A DNA stretch of 64,000 nucleotides. Origin: Pseudogymnoascus verrucosus. Its lineage: Eukaryota. A program made the position numbers and the translations under genes. The stretch lies in the NCBI GenBank assembly GCA_001662655.1, contig KV460215.1. One strand, 5' to 3'. The notes beneath the pieces are model-generated. The model was not told where the DNA came from, ran no database searches, and was given only the letters and a program-made list of their open reading frames with translations. Shown in pieces: positions 50,081-61,498 of the stretch (the stretch's first letter is position 1; every line of letters begins with the position of its first letter).

Positions 50081-51856
50081 CTAATCACCAATCTTCATCT
50101 CCTCCGCCCTCCCCTTCGCAAAATCATCCTTCCACGTCTCCCACAACCGCACCAACTCATCACAATACCTCTCATGCAACTCCTCCACCTCCTCCACACT
50201 CGGCATCCTATTCTGCGTCACCGGAATCGGCCTCCCCACTACCACATTTACCGCGCGCCTGTATGGCACCAGCCCAACATCATAATTAAACACCCCCCTC
50301 GCATGAAACAAAGGGAGCGTCCAACCTAAGGTGCGCTTGAGCAAGTCCTGGCCTCGTCTGATCCAGGGGCGGTTTTCGACGCTGAATTGGTCGTACAGTT
50401 CGTTCTCCCCAAATCCGAGGACGGGGACGAGATCAGCGCCGGTGCGGAGAGCCATCTTGACGAACCCATACCGCCTCCTCAGCACCAGCCTCAGCGTTCC
50501 CGGTCTCGCATCAAGCGACTCCCTCGCGCCACCAACAACGATAGTAATCGCCCTCCCCATCCCCTCCCCATTCACGCCCCCCTTACTAAGTAAATTCTCA
50601 CAACTCTGTCTGCTCACGCTCGCGAGCCCCAGAGCAAGGATATACTCCCTATAAAACGGGATGCGGAAATTACTATCCAGCGTAAGGAGCGAATTCGTAA
50701 TCCCCGGAAACAACTGCGCAAACCCCAACGCCTCCGTCGCGAACGCTGCGAACGCGCCATGGCTGATAATCCCATGCGGATGATACCCAAAGATATACTT
50801 CCTCGTCGGGCTCAGCTCCACCGTGCGATGCAAGCGTGCAGGAAAATACCCCGCGAAAAGGGACCACAACTTACTCCCCCTCAACCGCGGCGACCGCATG
50901 CTCAGCTCCCCGCTATAACCAGCCTTGGAAAACATGACGTACACCATATACGGCACAATCAGCGGCCACAGCAGCGGAATCGCGCAGGCGAACAAAAACG
51001 TCCCTATCAGCAAAGCAATACACAGCGTATGCGCTAAGACCATAGCAGTCTGCAGCCGTCTCTGTAAGGGGATATTAAGCGGCGCGAACCGAATCTTCGA
51101 CACGTGCCAGTTCTTCCCCGCTTCGCGCCCGGAGGTGAGCGTGCGTGTGCGTCTTGGGTTTGGGTCGTCGGCGGGCGCGGGGGAGGAAGAGCGAGAGAGG
51201 GGTTTGATGGAGACGAGGTGCTCGGTGGAGTGGGAGGGGGAGCGGGTGGAGGGGTAGTTGGTGAAGATGTCCGAGTCTTCGAATTCGGTGTCTTCGTAGA
51301 GCTCGGCGCTGTGGGTGTGTTGGTGGGAGGGGGGGCGGCGGGTTGAGGGTTTGGAGCGGCGGGGGTGGGTGGTGGGTTTGGGGGGTTGGAGGAGCTGGAG
51401 AGGGGGGTTAGTTGGTGGATTGTGAGGGTGAGGATGGGGGATGGAACTTACTGCTGCAGCGTAGCTTTTGCCTCCGTCGTCGTTGTTTGCTTGCTCTCTC
51501 CGTCCCTTTCTGTCGCCATTCCTCTCGTCGGCGCGTCCCTTCTTATCCCCATTCGTAGCAGTGCCCTTCTTCCCTCGATTCGTCTCCCCAGTACTCTTCT
51601 TCTGTCTATTTGTCGCAGTACTCTCCCCCTCGTCCGCCCCCTCCTTAGCCCCCTCAATCACAACCTCCGCGAAACTCTTCGGCAGCACCGTCTCCCCCTC
51701 CTCTCCATGTCCATTCACCCCCTCTTCCCGCCCATTCACCTCCCCCTCCCCCTCCACAACCGCATCCTCAAACCCCTTCACCGGCTCCTCCCTCTCCTCC
51801 CTCACCTCCGGCTCCGCAACACTCGGTATCCCATTCTCCACCGCCATCGTCGTCAT
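50081..51856 (-). CDS. DGA1: Diacylglycerol O-acyltransferase type 2; likely in-frame intron 51451-51395
   Basis: RFAPLNIPLQRRLQT, YFP, YIFGYHPHG, VVGGARESL, RRYGFVKMAL..GADLVPV.GFGEN and VVGRPI. Confidence 0.93.
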   Translation of the reverse strand: MTTMAVENGIPSVAEPEVREEREEPVKGFEDAVVEGEGEVNGREEGVNGHGEEGETVLPKSFAEVVIEGAKEGADEGESTATNRQKKSTGETNRGKKGTATNGDKKGRADERNGDRKGRREQANNDDGGKSYAAAVSSIPHPHPHNPPTNPPLQLLQPPKPTTHPRRSKPSTRRPPSHQHTHSAELYEDTEFEDSDIFTNYPSTRSPSHSTEHLVSIKPLSRSSSPAPADDPNPRRTRTLTSGREAGKNWHVSKIRFAPLNIPLQRRLQTAMVLAHTLCIALLIGTFLFACAIPLLWPLIVPYMVYVMFSKAGYSGELSMRSPRLRGSKLWSLFAGYFPARLHRTVELSPTRKYIFGYHPHGIISHGAFAAFATEALGFAQLFPGITNSLLTLDSNFRIPFYREYILALGLASVSRQSCENLLSKGGVNGEGMGRAITIVVGGARESLDARPGTLRLVLRRRYGFVKMALRTGADLVPVLGFGENELYDQFSVENRPWIRRGQDLLKRTLGWTLPLFHARGVFNYDVGLVPYRRAVNVVVGRPIPVTQNRMPSVEEVEELHERYCDELVRLWETWKDDFAKGRAEEMKIGD

Positions 51857-53275
51857 CAGCTCTGTGCGTTTATCTCGTCCCTCTCTTCTCTTCGGCGGCA
51901 GTTTCGTGCGCGATTCCGGCGTAGGAGGAGAAGCAGTCGTGTACTCGGTAGGAGCTCTCGGTTCGTACGGCGCACCGCCAAGTTCCCCCGTCAGGCCGAC
52001 GAAGTAATCCGTCCAGTCCAGATTGTCCTTTTCCTCGTCCCCTGGTGTGGTTTTGTTGTTCCGCCTGTGTATTGCGATCTTCCTTTCCTATCCTGTCTTC
52101 CTATCGTCTGCGTCTTTCCTATCCTATCCTTTCCTATCCGTCGTCGTCCAGCTTCACTTGCAAGTTCAGCTCGCAAAAAAATGTCCGTTGTGTCTCACAA
52201 GCCAAAGCTACCACCAAACCCCGTCGTCGATAACCTTGACCTTGTTCCCTCAGCACTACTACGTCGATCCTGCCAAGGTGCAGCTGGGCTTGGTGGTGGA
52301 GCTGGGAGCTCGGCTGCGCACGAGCTATGACGTGTGCGCTTCGCCGGGCAGGGCTGGGTCTGTCTGGTCGGAGAGCGGAGGCGCGGAGGGCGGGGGCGCT
52401 AAGGTCACGGGTGTGGGTGGTAGGTTGTGGGTTCGGGAGGCTGGGGATCCGAGATGCATATATGTTCGGAGATAGATACGGGTGCGGAAGGACGGAGACG
52501 GAAGGAAGGGAAGGGAGGAAGGAAAGGACGGATGGGGATCGGATGGAGATAATACAATAATACAATAGGTGTTAGATGGGGGTGCTGTGTGCAGGTTGGG
52601 AAGAATGGATGTATGATATGTATAGTAGGTATTTTTTTGTAACTCGTGGTTTGGGTATGTACTGTACATACTGGGGCCTAGCGCATATGAGGCGGGACAT
52701 TTCTCACATGTGCTTTTCTTCAGATCTTACGACGACATCATCGTCTACGACCATCTATATAACCGTTCACGGTATTCGCAGCCACAGATGCATTGCAAAC
52801 TTCAAAACAATATCTTTCCATTCATAACCACCATCACCACCACCACATAATCCCTCAATCAGAACATTTCAACCCCACCTCCCCCCCCCCAAATCCCAAC
52901 CAACCCGCTCGCTCATATCATTAACAAACAAAACAAGTGAAAAAAACAAATCTATAAGAACACCCTCTCCCCCCTCCCCCCTTCCCCTCCCAAAATAAAA
53001 AGCAAAAGCGAGATAAGTTCTAAAAAGGTGTTAAAATTTCGTCATCAAAACTCGCCGTGGCAAAGATGTTCTTTCCCCCGCACCGCACCGCATCTCTCCT
53101 TCTTCCTGTTCCCCCGTTCCTGTCCCGGCCAGTTTCGTCCACTCCAATTTAAAAACATAAACAGATAATCCCCATCCCCATCCCCATCCTTTGATCTTAA
53201 CCCCCACCCCCGGCCCCTTTCAAAAAACCCCAGCCAGAAACGCCATCATAGATCTCCCCCCTTCCCCCTTCTCGC

Positions 53276-55366
53276 TCACCCCGTCCTATTCAACCCCGGC
53301 CTCCCCGCCCCCCTCAACCCCTCCACCTCCTCCACCAACTTCCTAATCCTCTCCTCCTGCCGCCTCTCCACCCCCTCCATCCCCACCACGCGCTCCGTGA
53401 GCCGATCAACCTTTTCTTCAAGAGACTGTATATACGTCCACACCCCGCGTTCAGAGGAGAAGAGGTTGTTACTCGCGTCCGGACCTCCTTGCTGCTGCTG
53501 TTGCTGCATTCCTGGCTGTCCACGGAATCCCGCAGTAGAGGAGGAGGTAGAAGTGGATGTGCCGTTGGCGCCCGCTTGGCTAGGAACCATAAACCTCGCC
53601 TCCGGCGGCGCCAACCCACTAAGCGCAGGTAATTTCGGTCCCTGTCCCCCCGTCGATCCCATCCTCTCCCCCTGCTGTTGTCTGCGTCCAAAATCCCTCT
53701 GCTGGACCTGCGTAGCAAGACTAGGTGAGCGCTGGCGGTTCAACGACGATCCGGCGATAGATGCCGGGTCATGGCCGAGTTGGAGGGAGGACATAGCGCC
53801 TGGGCTGATTGGTTTCGGGGATTCGGTCATGGGTGTTTGTGCGAAGAGCATGGGGTTGTTATTGTTGCCGTTATTATTGGTCCCGGCGACACTCCCAGTG
53901 CTAGGCGCAGTAGACATAGTCGTATGTGAACTCACACCCCCCATTGAACTCTGCACCGTCGACCCCGCCGTACTACCACTCCCATGTTCCCCCTGCGCCA
54001 GGTGATGAAAAGACGTCGGTCCCGACTGCCCCCGTCGCGGTCCAGGAGGCGGATAAGTATTCGGCGCGTTCCTCATGAGTGGCGCATACGGATCCTGCCC
54101 TCCCCCACCACCACCGCCACCGCTGCCATCAACATGCTGCGCCTTAATACTCGGTAAACTATACCTCCTCTCCTCCTCCCCCTCATCCACATCCCCCTCC
54201 ACGGGCTCCGCATACAGCACCCCCTCCATCCCTCCATCCTCTCCCATATGCGAGTCGTCATACTCCTCATCGCCGCCAAAACTGCCCATACTCGCCCTGC
54301 GACCCGCACACCCCCCCTGCCCCTTCGCGTGCCGCGCCAGCGCGTCGCCGCGCGCGAACTTGCGATCGCACTTGGGGCAGATATGGGGTCGTTCGCCGGT
54401 ATGAAGTTTGCTGTGCCGCTTAAGATCGTGTAGTCGGCGGAAGCGCATCTGGCACGTGTTACAGACGTACGGCTTCTCCTGGCTGTGCGTGAGGAGGTGG
54501 GATTTGAGGTTATGGTGGCGCGTGAACTCCGTGTCGCAGTACGGGCATTTATGTTTCTTATGTGAGGGCGAGCGCGGGTTTAGACCGGACATTGGGAGGG
54601 AGAGGCCGCGCATGGGGTCGCGCAGGCCTTCGGGGCGCGCGAGTGCGTTGCCGGGGAATGTGAATGCGCGTGCTGACGGCTTATCGCTCTGCGGCTCGCC
54701 GCCACCATTCGCGCCATTATCCCGATGCTCCCCTCCTTCTCCCGGATTATTCATCATATTCGACGGACTCGTAATCCCCGTCGTGCTCGCCGTAGCCGTC
54801 TGCGCCGTGCTTGCCATGCTCCCGAGACTCGTCACGCTCGCAGGGCTGTTCTGTGATTTATCCTCAAAGTGCAGCGGGCTCGGGATCGAGATCGCATTCG
54901 CCGCTACCTCCATCCCTTCGCTCATCGTCGTCGTCGCTGCTGGCGCGTCCTGGCGCCCGCCTGATCCGGAGATGAGCGCTGATATAACTTTATGGCCTGG
55001 GTTCTCTCCAGGCGCTTTCTTCGCCGCCTCCGATCGTCGGAGGCGCTCGCGCTCGTCGTCGATGGCCGCCGCACCAGGCGAGGCTCGCGGCGACACGCTC
55101 GTGCCGAAGCGTGGCGACTTGGCGAGTGGAGAGGCGGTGAGGCCTGCGTCGGCGATGGCGCCGACAGTGGCGGAATTGGGCGATGAGTCGATGCGGCTGC
55201 GCTTCAATGGGCGCGCGGTCGATTGGTCGGGAGTGGGGGGTGTGCTGGCCGCGAGCAGCGGTGGCGGCTGCGGCGGCGCGGAGTCGGGGATGTTGTTGTT
55301 CCTCATGAGCGCTGTTGGGGCCGTGGTAGAAGCGGATCCTGGGTCGGAGGACTCCATGAGAGCCAA
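53276..55366 (-). CDS. C2H2 zinc-finger transcription factor (3 fingers, C-terminal coiled coil)
   Basis: HKCPYCDTEFTRHHNLKSHLLTHSQEKPYVCNTCQMRFRRLHDLKRHSKLHTGERPHICPKCDRKFARGDALARH. Confidence 0.92.
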   Translation of the reverse strand: MALMESSDPGSASTTAPTALMRNNNIPDSAPPQPPPLLAASTPPTPDQSTARPLKRSRIDSSPNSATVGAIADAGLTASPLAKSPRFGTSVSPRASPGAAAIDDERERLRRSEAAKKAPGENPGHKVISALISGSGGRQDAPAATTTMSEGMEVAANAISIPSPLHFEDKSQNSPASVTSLGSMASTAQTATASTTGITSPSNMMNNPGEGGEHRDNGANGGGEPQSDKPSARAFTFPGNALARPEGLRDPMRGLSLPMSGLNPRSPSHKKHKCPYCDTEFTRHHNLKSHLLTHSQEKPYVCNTCQMRFRRLHDLKRHSKLHTGERPHICPKCDRKFARGDALARHAKGQGGCAGRRASMGSFGGDEEYDDSHMGEDGGMEGVLYAEPVEGDVDEGEEERRYSLPSIKAQHVDGSGGGGGGGGQDPYAPLMRNAPNTYPPPGPRRGQSGPTSFHHLAQGEHGSGSTAGSTVQSSMGGVSSHTTMSTAPSTGSVAGTNNNGNNNNPMLFAQTPMTESPKPISPGAMSSLQLGHDPASIAGSSLNRQRSPSLATQVQQRDFGRRQQQGERMGSTGGQGPKLPALSGLAPPEARFMVPSQAGANGTSTSTSSSTAGFRGQPGMQQQQQQGGPDASNNLFSSERGVWTYIQSLEEKVDRLTERVVGMEGVERRQEERIRKLVEEVEGLRGAGRPGLNRTG

Positions 55367-58300
55367 TGCTGCGGGTGGGTGTGGTTGGATGGGTGTAGGT
55401 CGCGCTTCTTGAGGGGCATCCGAACTAGGTAGATGGGCTCAACGCTTCATTGTCTGGCTCCCCTGGTGGAGAGCTCGGGGTTGCCAATTGCGAGACGAGG
55501 CAGGCGCGGCGTGGGTGGTGGTACAGGTTGGCGCAACGGTGCGGATGTCGTTTCTAGTTCCGGCCGATGGGGTTGCTGGTGAGGGTTTGTTTGGGGAATG
55601 TGTGTATGTGTCGGTTTTTGTTTTGTTTGGGGTCGTGATGGGGGAGTGCGTGTGTGTATTCGTTGCAAGCCTGCTTGGTGAACGAACGGGGTCAGCTGCG
55701 GTCAGGTTAATGGGCCTGTCTGACCGAGGACCGGGACGGCACATACCACTTTGTTGGAGCAGGCCGATATAGTGTAATCAGTATAGGGACTGGTGCCAAT
55801 GCAATGCAATACCCTCCGCCACAGATGGATAATAAGGGGATAAGTATAAAAGTAGTAGGAGTAGTATCAGAGTTGAGACAAAGGTAGTCAGTGGGTGTGT
55901 GTGTGTAAGTGGATGAGTTTGAGAGGGAAGGACGAGGACAAGATCGGATGAGTCTTGGGAGTGACAGGGCAAGCTTTGGAGATGAGATTGGCAAGGCAGG
56001 CAAGGCGAGGCAAGGCAAGGCCAGCTGAAAAGGCGCCGGGGTGTGTGGTGTATGGGTGTATGTATGGCTGGTGTATGTCTCTGTGTGTCTCTAGGTAGGT
56101 CCTCTAGGCTTGATTCCTGGGAAGAGGCGCAATATTGTGTAGCGACAGTACAGGCCCGTATCAAGAGTATGAGTACAGTACAAGTTTGATTGGGGATTGT
56201 AGTAATTGTGTAATTGTACAGGATAGAGTACAATTGTCAAGATTGAGGAGAGGAGAGTTGAAGTTGAGATTCGATTGAGTTGAGTAGAGCAGAGTAGAGT
56301 AGTGAGTGAGTGAGGCCTGTTTCCCTTTCGTCGCTGCGCCACACATGGGGCACTAGCGCGTTTTCGAGGAAGAAGGGCGGTAGGCGGTAGGAAGGGCGAG
56401 AAGGCTGCCATTCCGGTTTATACGGTACTATGTTCAACTAGTGGGATTAGAAGTACTGTTGCATATAGTTTACAGTGCAGAGGTACATATGCTGATGCTA
56501 GTCCGACATGATTTGCGGTGCGTGGAGCAAGAGGGAGGAAGTAAGTGGTGCTATGTAATGTACCAGTACTTTAAGGGTATAGTATGGTTATAGTATAGTA
56601 ATTTTTATCCACAGTCAGCTCTACAGTCGTCAGAGATGGCTTCACTAACGTCCAGGGTAGAGGGGCAAAGATAATAGCTAGTATGGCTTCTTAGGTGAAG
56701 AAGTACGGGGTATCACAGTATCACATGGATATTCTAGTGTCTAGTGTACTAACAGCATTACAAGACAGTTGCTCTCCTATAGTCCTATAGCACAGTATGA
56801 GGTTCTACAATCCACAACCACCTCTAATACTCTACTACCAGCCATACTCGCATACTCCCATCCAGACCTCCCCTAAAGTACTAGTACATCCTCACCACGA
56901 TCCCTTCGCGCCTTGGAAACAGGGTATTAACATCCATCCATCCTTATCCGCCATATCCAAGTCTGCATATCGGTCTGGACACTCACCGTACCTGGCCATG
57001 TACACTATCACCCATTTAAGCAGAAAAGATACATAACGCCCATCTACGCAGTACAGACAGTACAGACAGTACAGACAGGGCTATTAATAATCCTCAGCTC
57101 CCGCGGTCTGCCTCGCTCCAGCCACGGCACTATAGAGAGTACTACTGTAATCAACTCTATCGTATCACAGTAGCAGTATAGAAGAAGGCTGAAAGGCTAA
57201 ACTTCCTCTAGTATCCATACAACACATACTCTAGCATCCATCTATCCATCCCCCTCTTAAACCAAGAAGCCATGGATAGATTAAAAGAACGGCTTGTAAT
57301 ATATTACTAACCCTCCCATAATCAGCCTCACTCCCTATCTACACCGACCTCTCCCCCTAACCCCTCCCTCGCACTGCCACACCGGTCGGTCCCCTATCAT
57401 CCCTCACCTCCTCACCACCTCAACCCGTCCCTCACCTCACAGCCAGCCAGTCCTTCTCACCTCCACCTCCACCTCCACTCCACGCACATACTTATACCCC
57501 TAAAAATAGATAGCCGCACCACCACCACACCCACACCGCCACCGCCTCACCCGCCCCCCCCTCCCCATTCAGCTCCCCTACCTCCATCTCGCATCCCCTT
57601 TCGGCCATCAACGCGCAGGGCAGGGTTGTGCGGGGTCTCGAAGGGGTTAGTTTATGGTTTCGGGGAGACAGCACGGTGCTTTTCGTAGGGTAGGCTAGGG
57701 TGGCCGAGCGTTATTGGTGCGGTGTGTGGAGGAGGAGGGGAGTGAGCCACAATTGAGGATCGGGGATTGGGGATAGTTAGTTGGTTGGCGGAGGTGGAGC
57801 TGGAGGTGGAGGCATGATTGGAGTTGGGGAAGTCGGGTTGTGGGACGATCGGGGCGGCGCTGGGAGGTAGGGAGGCCGAGAGGAGAGGAGGTAAGTGATT
57901 GAGTGAGGAGATGAGGTAAGGGAGGGAGTTAGTTAGATAGGACTGGGTAGGGTAGAGCAAGGTAGGTAAAAGAAGATAGAGACACTAGAACACTAGAACA
58001 CTAGAGTTGGTAGGCTAGAGAAGAGCTGGCTGGCTGGTTGTAAATTGTATTTGTGTGGTATATATGTGTATGTGTATGTATAGTGTATGGTTGATGATGA
58101 CTAAGATAAGATAATCTACTTTGATATTGTATGTAATTATGCATGTACATGGAAACTCCTATACTGCTGACGACGTTCACGGGGGTGCTCAGCCACGGTG
58201 CTGGGGAAGGGTCGGTCGGGGTGCGTTGGGATGGGATGTTTGGTAGGGGTGTGCTGGGCTTGGCGGTTGGGGGTTATTCAGCCTCGATGTAGGGCCGAGG

Positions 58301-58530
58301 TGTGGGGAGTTGAAGATGAGATGGGATGACATGAGGGAGTGTAGTTATGGAGAGGTGAGATCAGATGGTATTGTGGGAGTTGAAGATGTGATGTTGTGAG
58401 CCTAGTAGATGAGAGAGGGTCTGCTTGATGTAAGGTAGGCTGGACTAGTAAAGAAGGGTTGTGGGATGCAGGCTGTGTTTGATGCTGAGCAGGGTGTACT
58501 GATGGTACAGAGGGGTTGTGATGGTGGTTG

Positions 58531-58750
58531 TGAGGTTGACTCTGTTTGATACTGAAGGAGGAGGGTTGAGATCTGTGGTGAAGATGGTGAAGATGGTCAG
58601 GGGAGCAGAGAAGATATCTGTGGTGATGATGGTGTGGTGAGGGAACAGACGAGAGATCCGTGCTAGTGGAGTCTGTGTGAGGTTGACTCTGTTTGATACT
58701 AAAGAAGGAGGGTTGAGGTCTGCGGTGAGGATAGTGAGGGGAGCAAAGGA
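58531..58750. repeat. Imperfect direct repeat (about 60-70 nt, copies 147 nt apart)
   Basis: TGAGGTTGACTCTGTTTGATACTRAAGRAGGAGGGTTGAGRTCTGYGGTGA at 58531 and 58678. Confidence 0.8.
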
Positions 58751-59014
58751 GGGTCTGTGGCCATGGAGTCTGAGTCTGATGCAAGGAAAGCAGGACTCTC
58801 ATCAGTCTAGCAGCCTCAGTCACGGACACAAGCCATCTCTGATGCCATGCAGAGGAAGATCAGTCTGCAAGGAGTCTTCAAGGACAGCACATCTCCTTGC
58901 TGCCAACCAGGCTCATACCAGCACACACACACACATCCCAGCAATCACCTCCCTTCCAACCAAGCATCCATCACAACCCTCAAACCTTCCCAGTTGAAAA
59001 AACACCCTACCTAC

Positions 59015-60223
59015 TCATATAACCCTAACCCCCCTCCCTACACTCCCCGTCTCAAAAACCTCCACCATCCCCGCCCCCACACACTCCCTCACCACCCACC
59101 CAAACTCCACCCCCCAAAACACCCTCCACCACCTCGTCCTCCCCCTCGCCACCCCAAACTCCCCCCTATCCCTCCTGGCCTCACTCCCCCTCCCCGCACC
59201 CTCCACACCCCCCTCCCACCTCTCCCTCAACCCTTCCTCCGTCATCTCTCTAAACCTCGTTTTCCCCAGCACACCCACGAGATGCGTCCGCGCTGAAGTC
59301 AGGAGTTTGAGATAAGCACCCACGTTCGGGACGGAGACGCTGTAATCACCCATCCCCCCTGCTGAGGAGCCGGCGCGGCCGCCACTACCGCCAGCGGCGT
59401 GGACGACGCCCTCGTTGCCGACTTTCCCGACGCCTCCGCGCGCGGCGGAGGCGATGCTGGTTAGACTCGCTAGGGTCCCTCGCGCCCCTTGTCCAGGGGC
59501 CGAGAAGACATCAGCAGCTGTCCATGTCGGTGTCGCGGCTGTAATAAAACCAGCTTGCATGAGCTGCCTCGCTGCGTCTTGTGACAAGCTCGATCTCGGT
59601 AGTTTGAGCGCCGTCGGCTGCTCTCGGAGTAACTTGATATAAGCCGCTTTGACGGCGTCGTCGAGGGTGGTGGAGGAGTTGATTAGCCCCTCCAGGTCGC
59701 GCGTTAAAATCAGCAACTCCCCCGCGCCTCCACGCCCAGGGATGACGAGTTTCCGTATCGTCCCTTTCGCAGTCAACTCCGCGATCTCGCGCGCCACAGC
59801 GGTAGGCGCGTGCAGTAGCGCTTGCACATGCGACACCGTCGCTACCGGCGGTAGTGCGCGGCGGAAATTCAGGATCTCAGCAGTGCGAGTAGAGCTTAGC
59901 CCCGAGCGCGTGGGCGGGATAGGTGTGAATGTATGCGTAGTGATATGGAGGATTGCTTGCGGGACGTCGCGGAGTGTGAGGTCTGTGAGGAGGGTGTGGA
60001 TTAGGCCCGCGTCTGGGAGGCGGGCTGTAGGATCGGAGGAGGAGGAGGAGGGGGTGTCGTCGTCGGAGTAGTCATCTTGGGATTGCTGTTTGGAAGAGCT
60101 CCCTGCGCGCGCGATGGGTTTGCGACGGGGGAGGGAGGAGAAGGCGCAGGAGGGGCGGCGGGCGCTGGCGGGGTTGGATTTCTTGATGCGGCTTGAGTGC
60201 GCGGCGGTGGTTTGGAAGGACAT
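59015..60223 (-). CDS. STK19-like ('serine/threonine kinase 19' family, winged-helix DNA-binding) protein
   Basis: Intronless 402-aa ORF with LNFRRALPPVATVSHVQALL..PT...REI..L...G.IRKL, LMQAGF, SVPNVGAYLKLL and CVGAGMVEVFETGSVGRGVR. It has no kinase motifs. Family recognised from recall. Confidence 0.75.
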   Translation of the reverse strand: MSFQTTAAHSSRIKKSNPASARRPSCAFSSLPRRKPIARAGSSSKQQSQDDYSDDDTPSSSSSDPTARLPDAGLIHTLLTDLTLRDVPQAILHITTHTFTPIPPTRSGLSSTRTAEILNFRRALPPVATVSHVQALLHAPTAVAREIAELTAKGTIRKLVIPGRGGAGELLILTRDLEGLINSSTTLDDAVKAAYIKLLREQPTALKLPRSSLSQDAARQLMQAGFITAATPTWTAADVFSAPGQGARGTLASLTSIASAARGGVGKVGNEGVVHAAGGSGGRAGSSAGGMGDYSVSVPNVGAYLKLLTSARTHLVGVLGKTRFREMTEEGLRERWEGGVEGAGRGSEARRDRGEFGVARGRTRWWRVFWGVEFGWVVRECVGAGMVEVFETGSVGRGVRVI

Positions 60224-60648
60224 TGTGCAGTGGTGGCGTGGTGGTTCACGGGGGATAAAGGAATGTGATGTGAAGCAACGCAGCTTCGGGTATCATGGGT
60301 GAGAATGAAAGAAATGTAATCCGCGACGGAAGAAGAAGAATGTTATGCGGACGCAATGAGTCGTGGTTGTGATGATTCTCCAAGGCTGTCGTGCGCAGCC
60401 ACTCAGGTGCTCGTATGCATCAGAAGTGGCGGGATGTTCGGCGGGTGGGTAAACTTTAATCCAGCCTGGTGCCTGCCACTTCATGCCGAGCCAATAATGT
60501 GGGGCGAATGTTGAGGTGAATGAAGAGGTGAATGTTGACTCAAAGACCGCCGCTACTGTCCAATAACACTCACATAAAGAGAAGCCAATTGATTATTTTC
60601 CTATAAATCTGTGCCATAAGTCGAACAAAAACCACAGAACAGTTCACA

Positions 60649-61498
60649 ATGGCGCCAACTATCATTTTAATCCGTCATGCACAGGCTGAGCATAGTACGT
60701 ATCAACCATCACCCCGCGCCAGAGATGGAAACAATATACTAACCTCCCTCAGATGCTACCAATAAGTCCCCCCCAACACCGCAAACCCCCCTCATTGCTC
60801 TCCAAACCTAACACTCCCTACAGGACTATTCCATCCCGGATCCCGCCCTCACCGTCCTCGGCGCTGGTCTCCAATGCGACGCCCTCCGCGCAGCCCTCAA
60901 GGAGCTCCCCCTAGAAATTGACCTCATCGTCTCGAGCCCCATGCGGCGCACCCTGCAGACTACCACTAACGCTCTCGGCTGGCGCATGGCAGAAGGCTGC
61001 CCCGCAATCGCCCTCGCTGAGTTCCAAGAGAACTCCGCGAAGCCATGCGATACGGGCTCTGACGCCGCGGCCATGGCGGCGGAGTGGCCGGCGTTCGATT
61101 GGAGCGAGGTTGACCCTGTGTTCCCTGCCAAGACGGGGCTTTATGAGTTTTCGAAGGATGGGCTGACGCGGAGAGGGGTGGAGGCGCGGAAGTGGTTGAG
61201 GGGGCGGAAGGAGAAGGTCATTGCTGTGGTGTCGCACGCGGGGTTTCTGAGGGTGGGTGTTAGCTATTGCCAATATGCCAATGCGGATTTTAGGGTCTTT
61301 GAGTTTGCGGAGGGGGAGGAGGAGGTCGGGGGGAGGCTGGTGGAGTGGGAGTTGACGGAGGAGAGAGCGGGTGGGTTGGGGAAGAGCGAGAAGGGTGTTT
61401 TTGGGTGGGAGACGCAGCATTTTCCGGAGGAGAAGGTGGAGGAAGGGGTTCCGGCTGAGGATGCGCAGGGCGCGAGCGCGGTGAAAGTTGCTTCGTGA
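60649..61498 (+). CDS. Histidine phosphatase / phosphoglycerate mutase-like protein; exons 60649-60694, 60753-60761 (9-nt microexon), 60822-61498
   Basis: LIRHAQAEHN, IPDPALTVLG..QC, LIVSSPMRRTLQT, QENSAKPCDTGS and IAVVSHAGFL. The first intron is canonical; the second gives the right frame only as AT-AC. Confidence 0.88.

Noticed and set aside
51365..52330. 321-aa plus-strand ORF, and similar long ORFs at 54408-55412, 1374-2066 and 44832-45518
   Set aside because: These are antisense shadows of GC-biased real genes.
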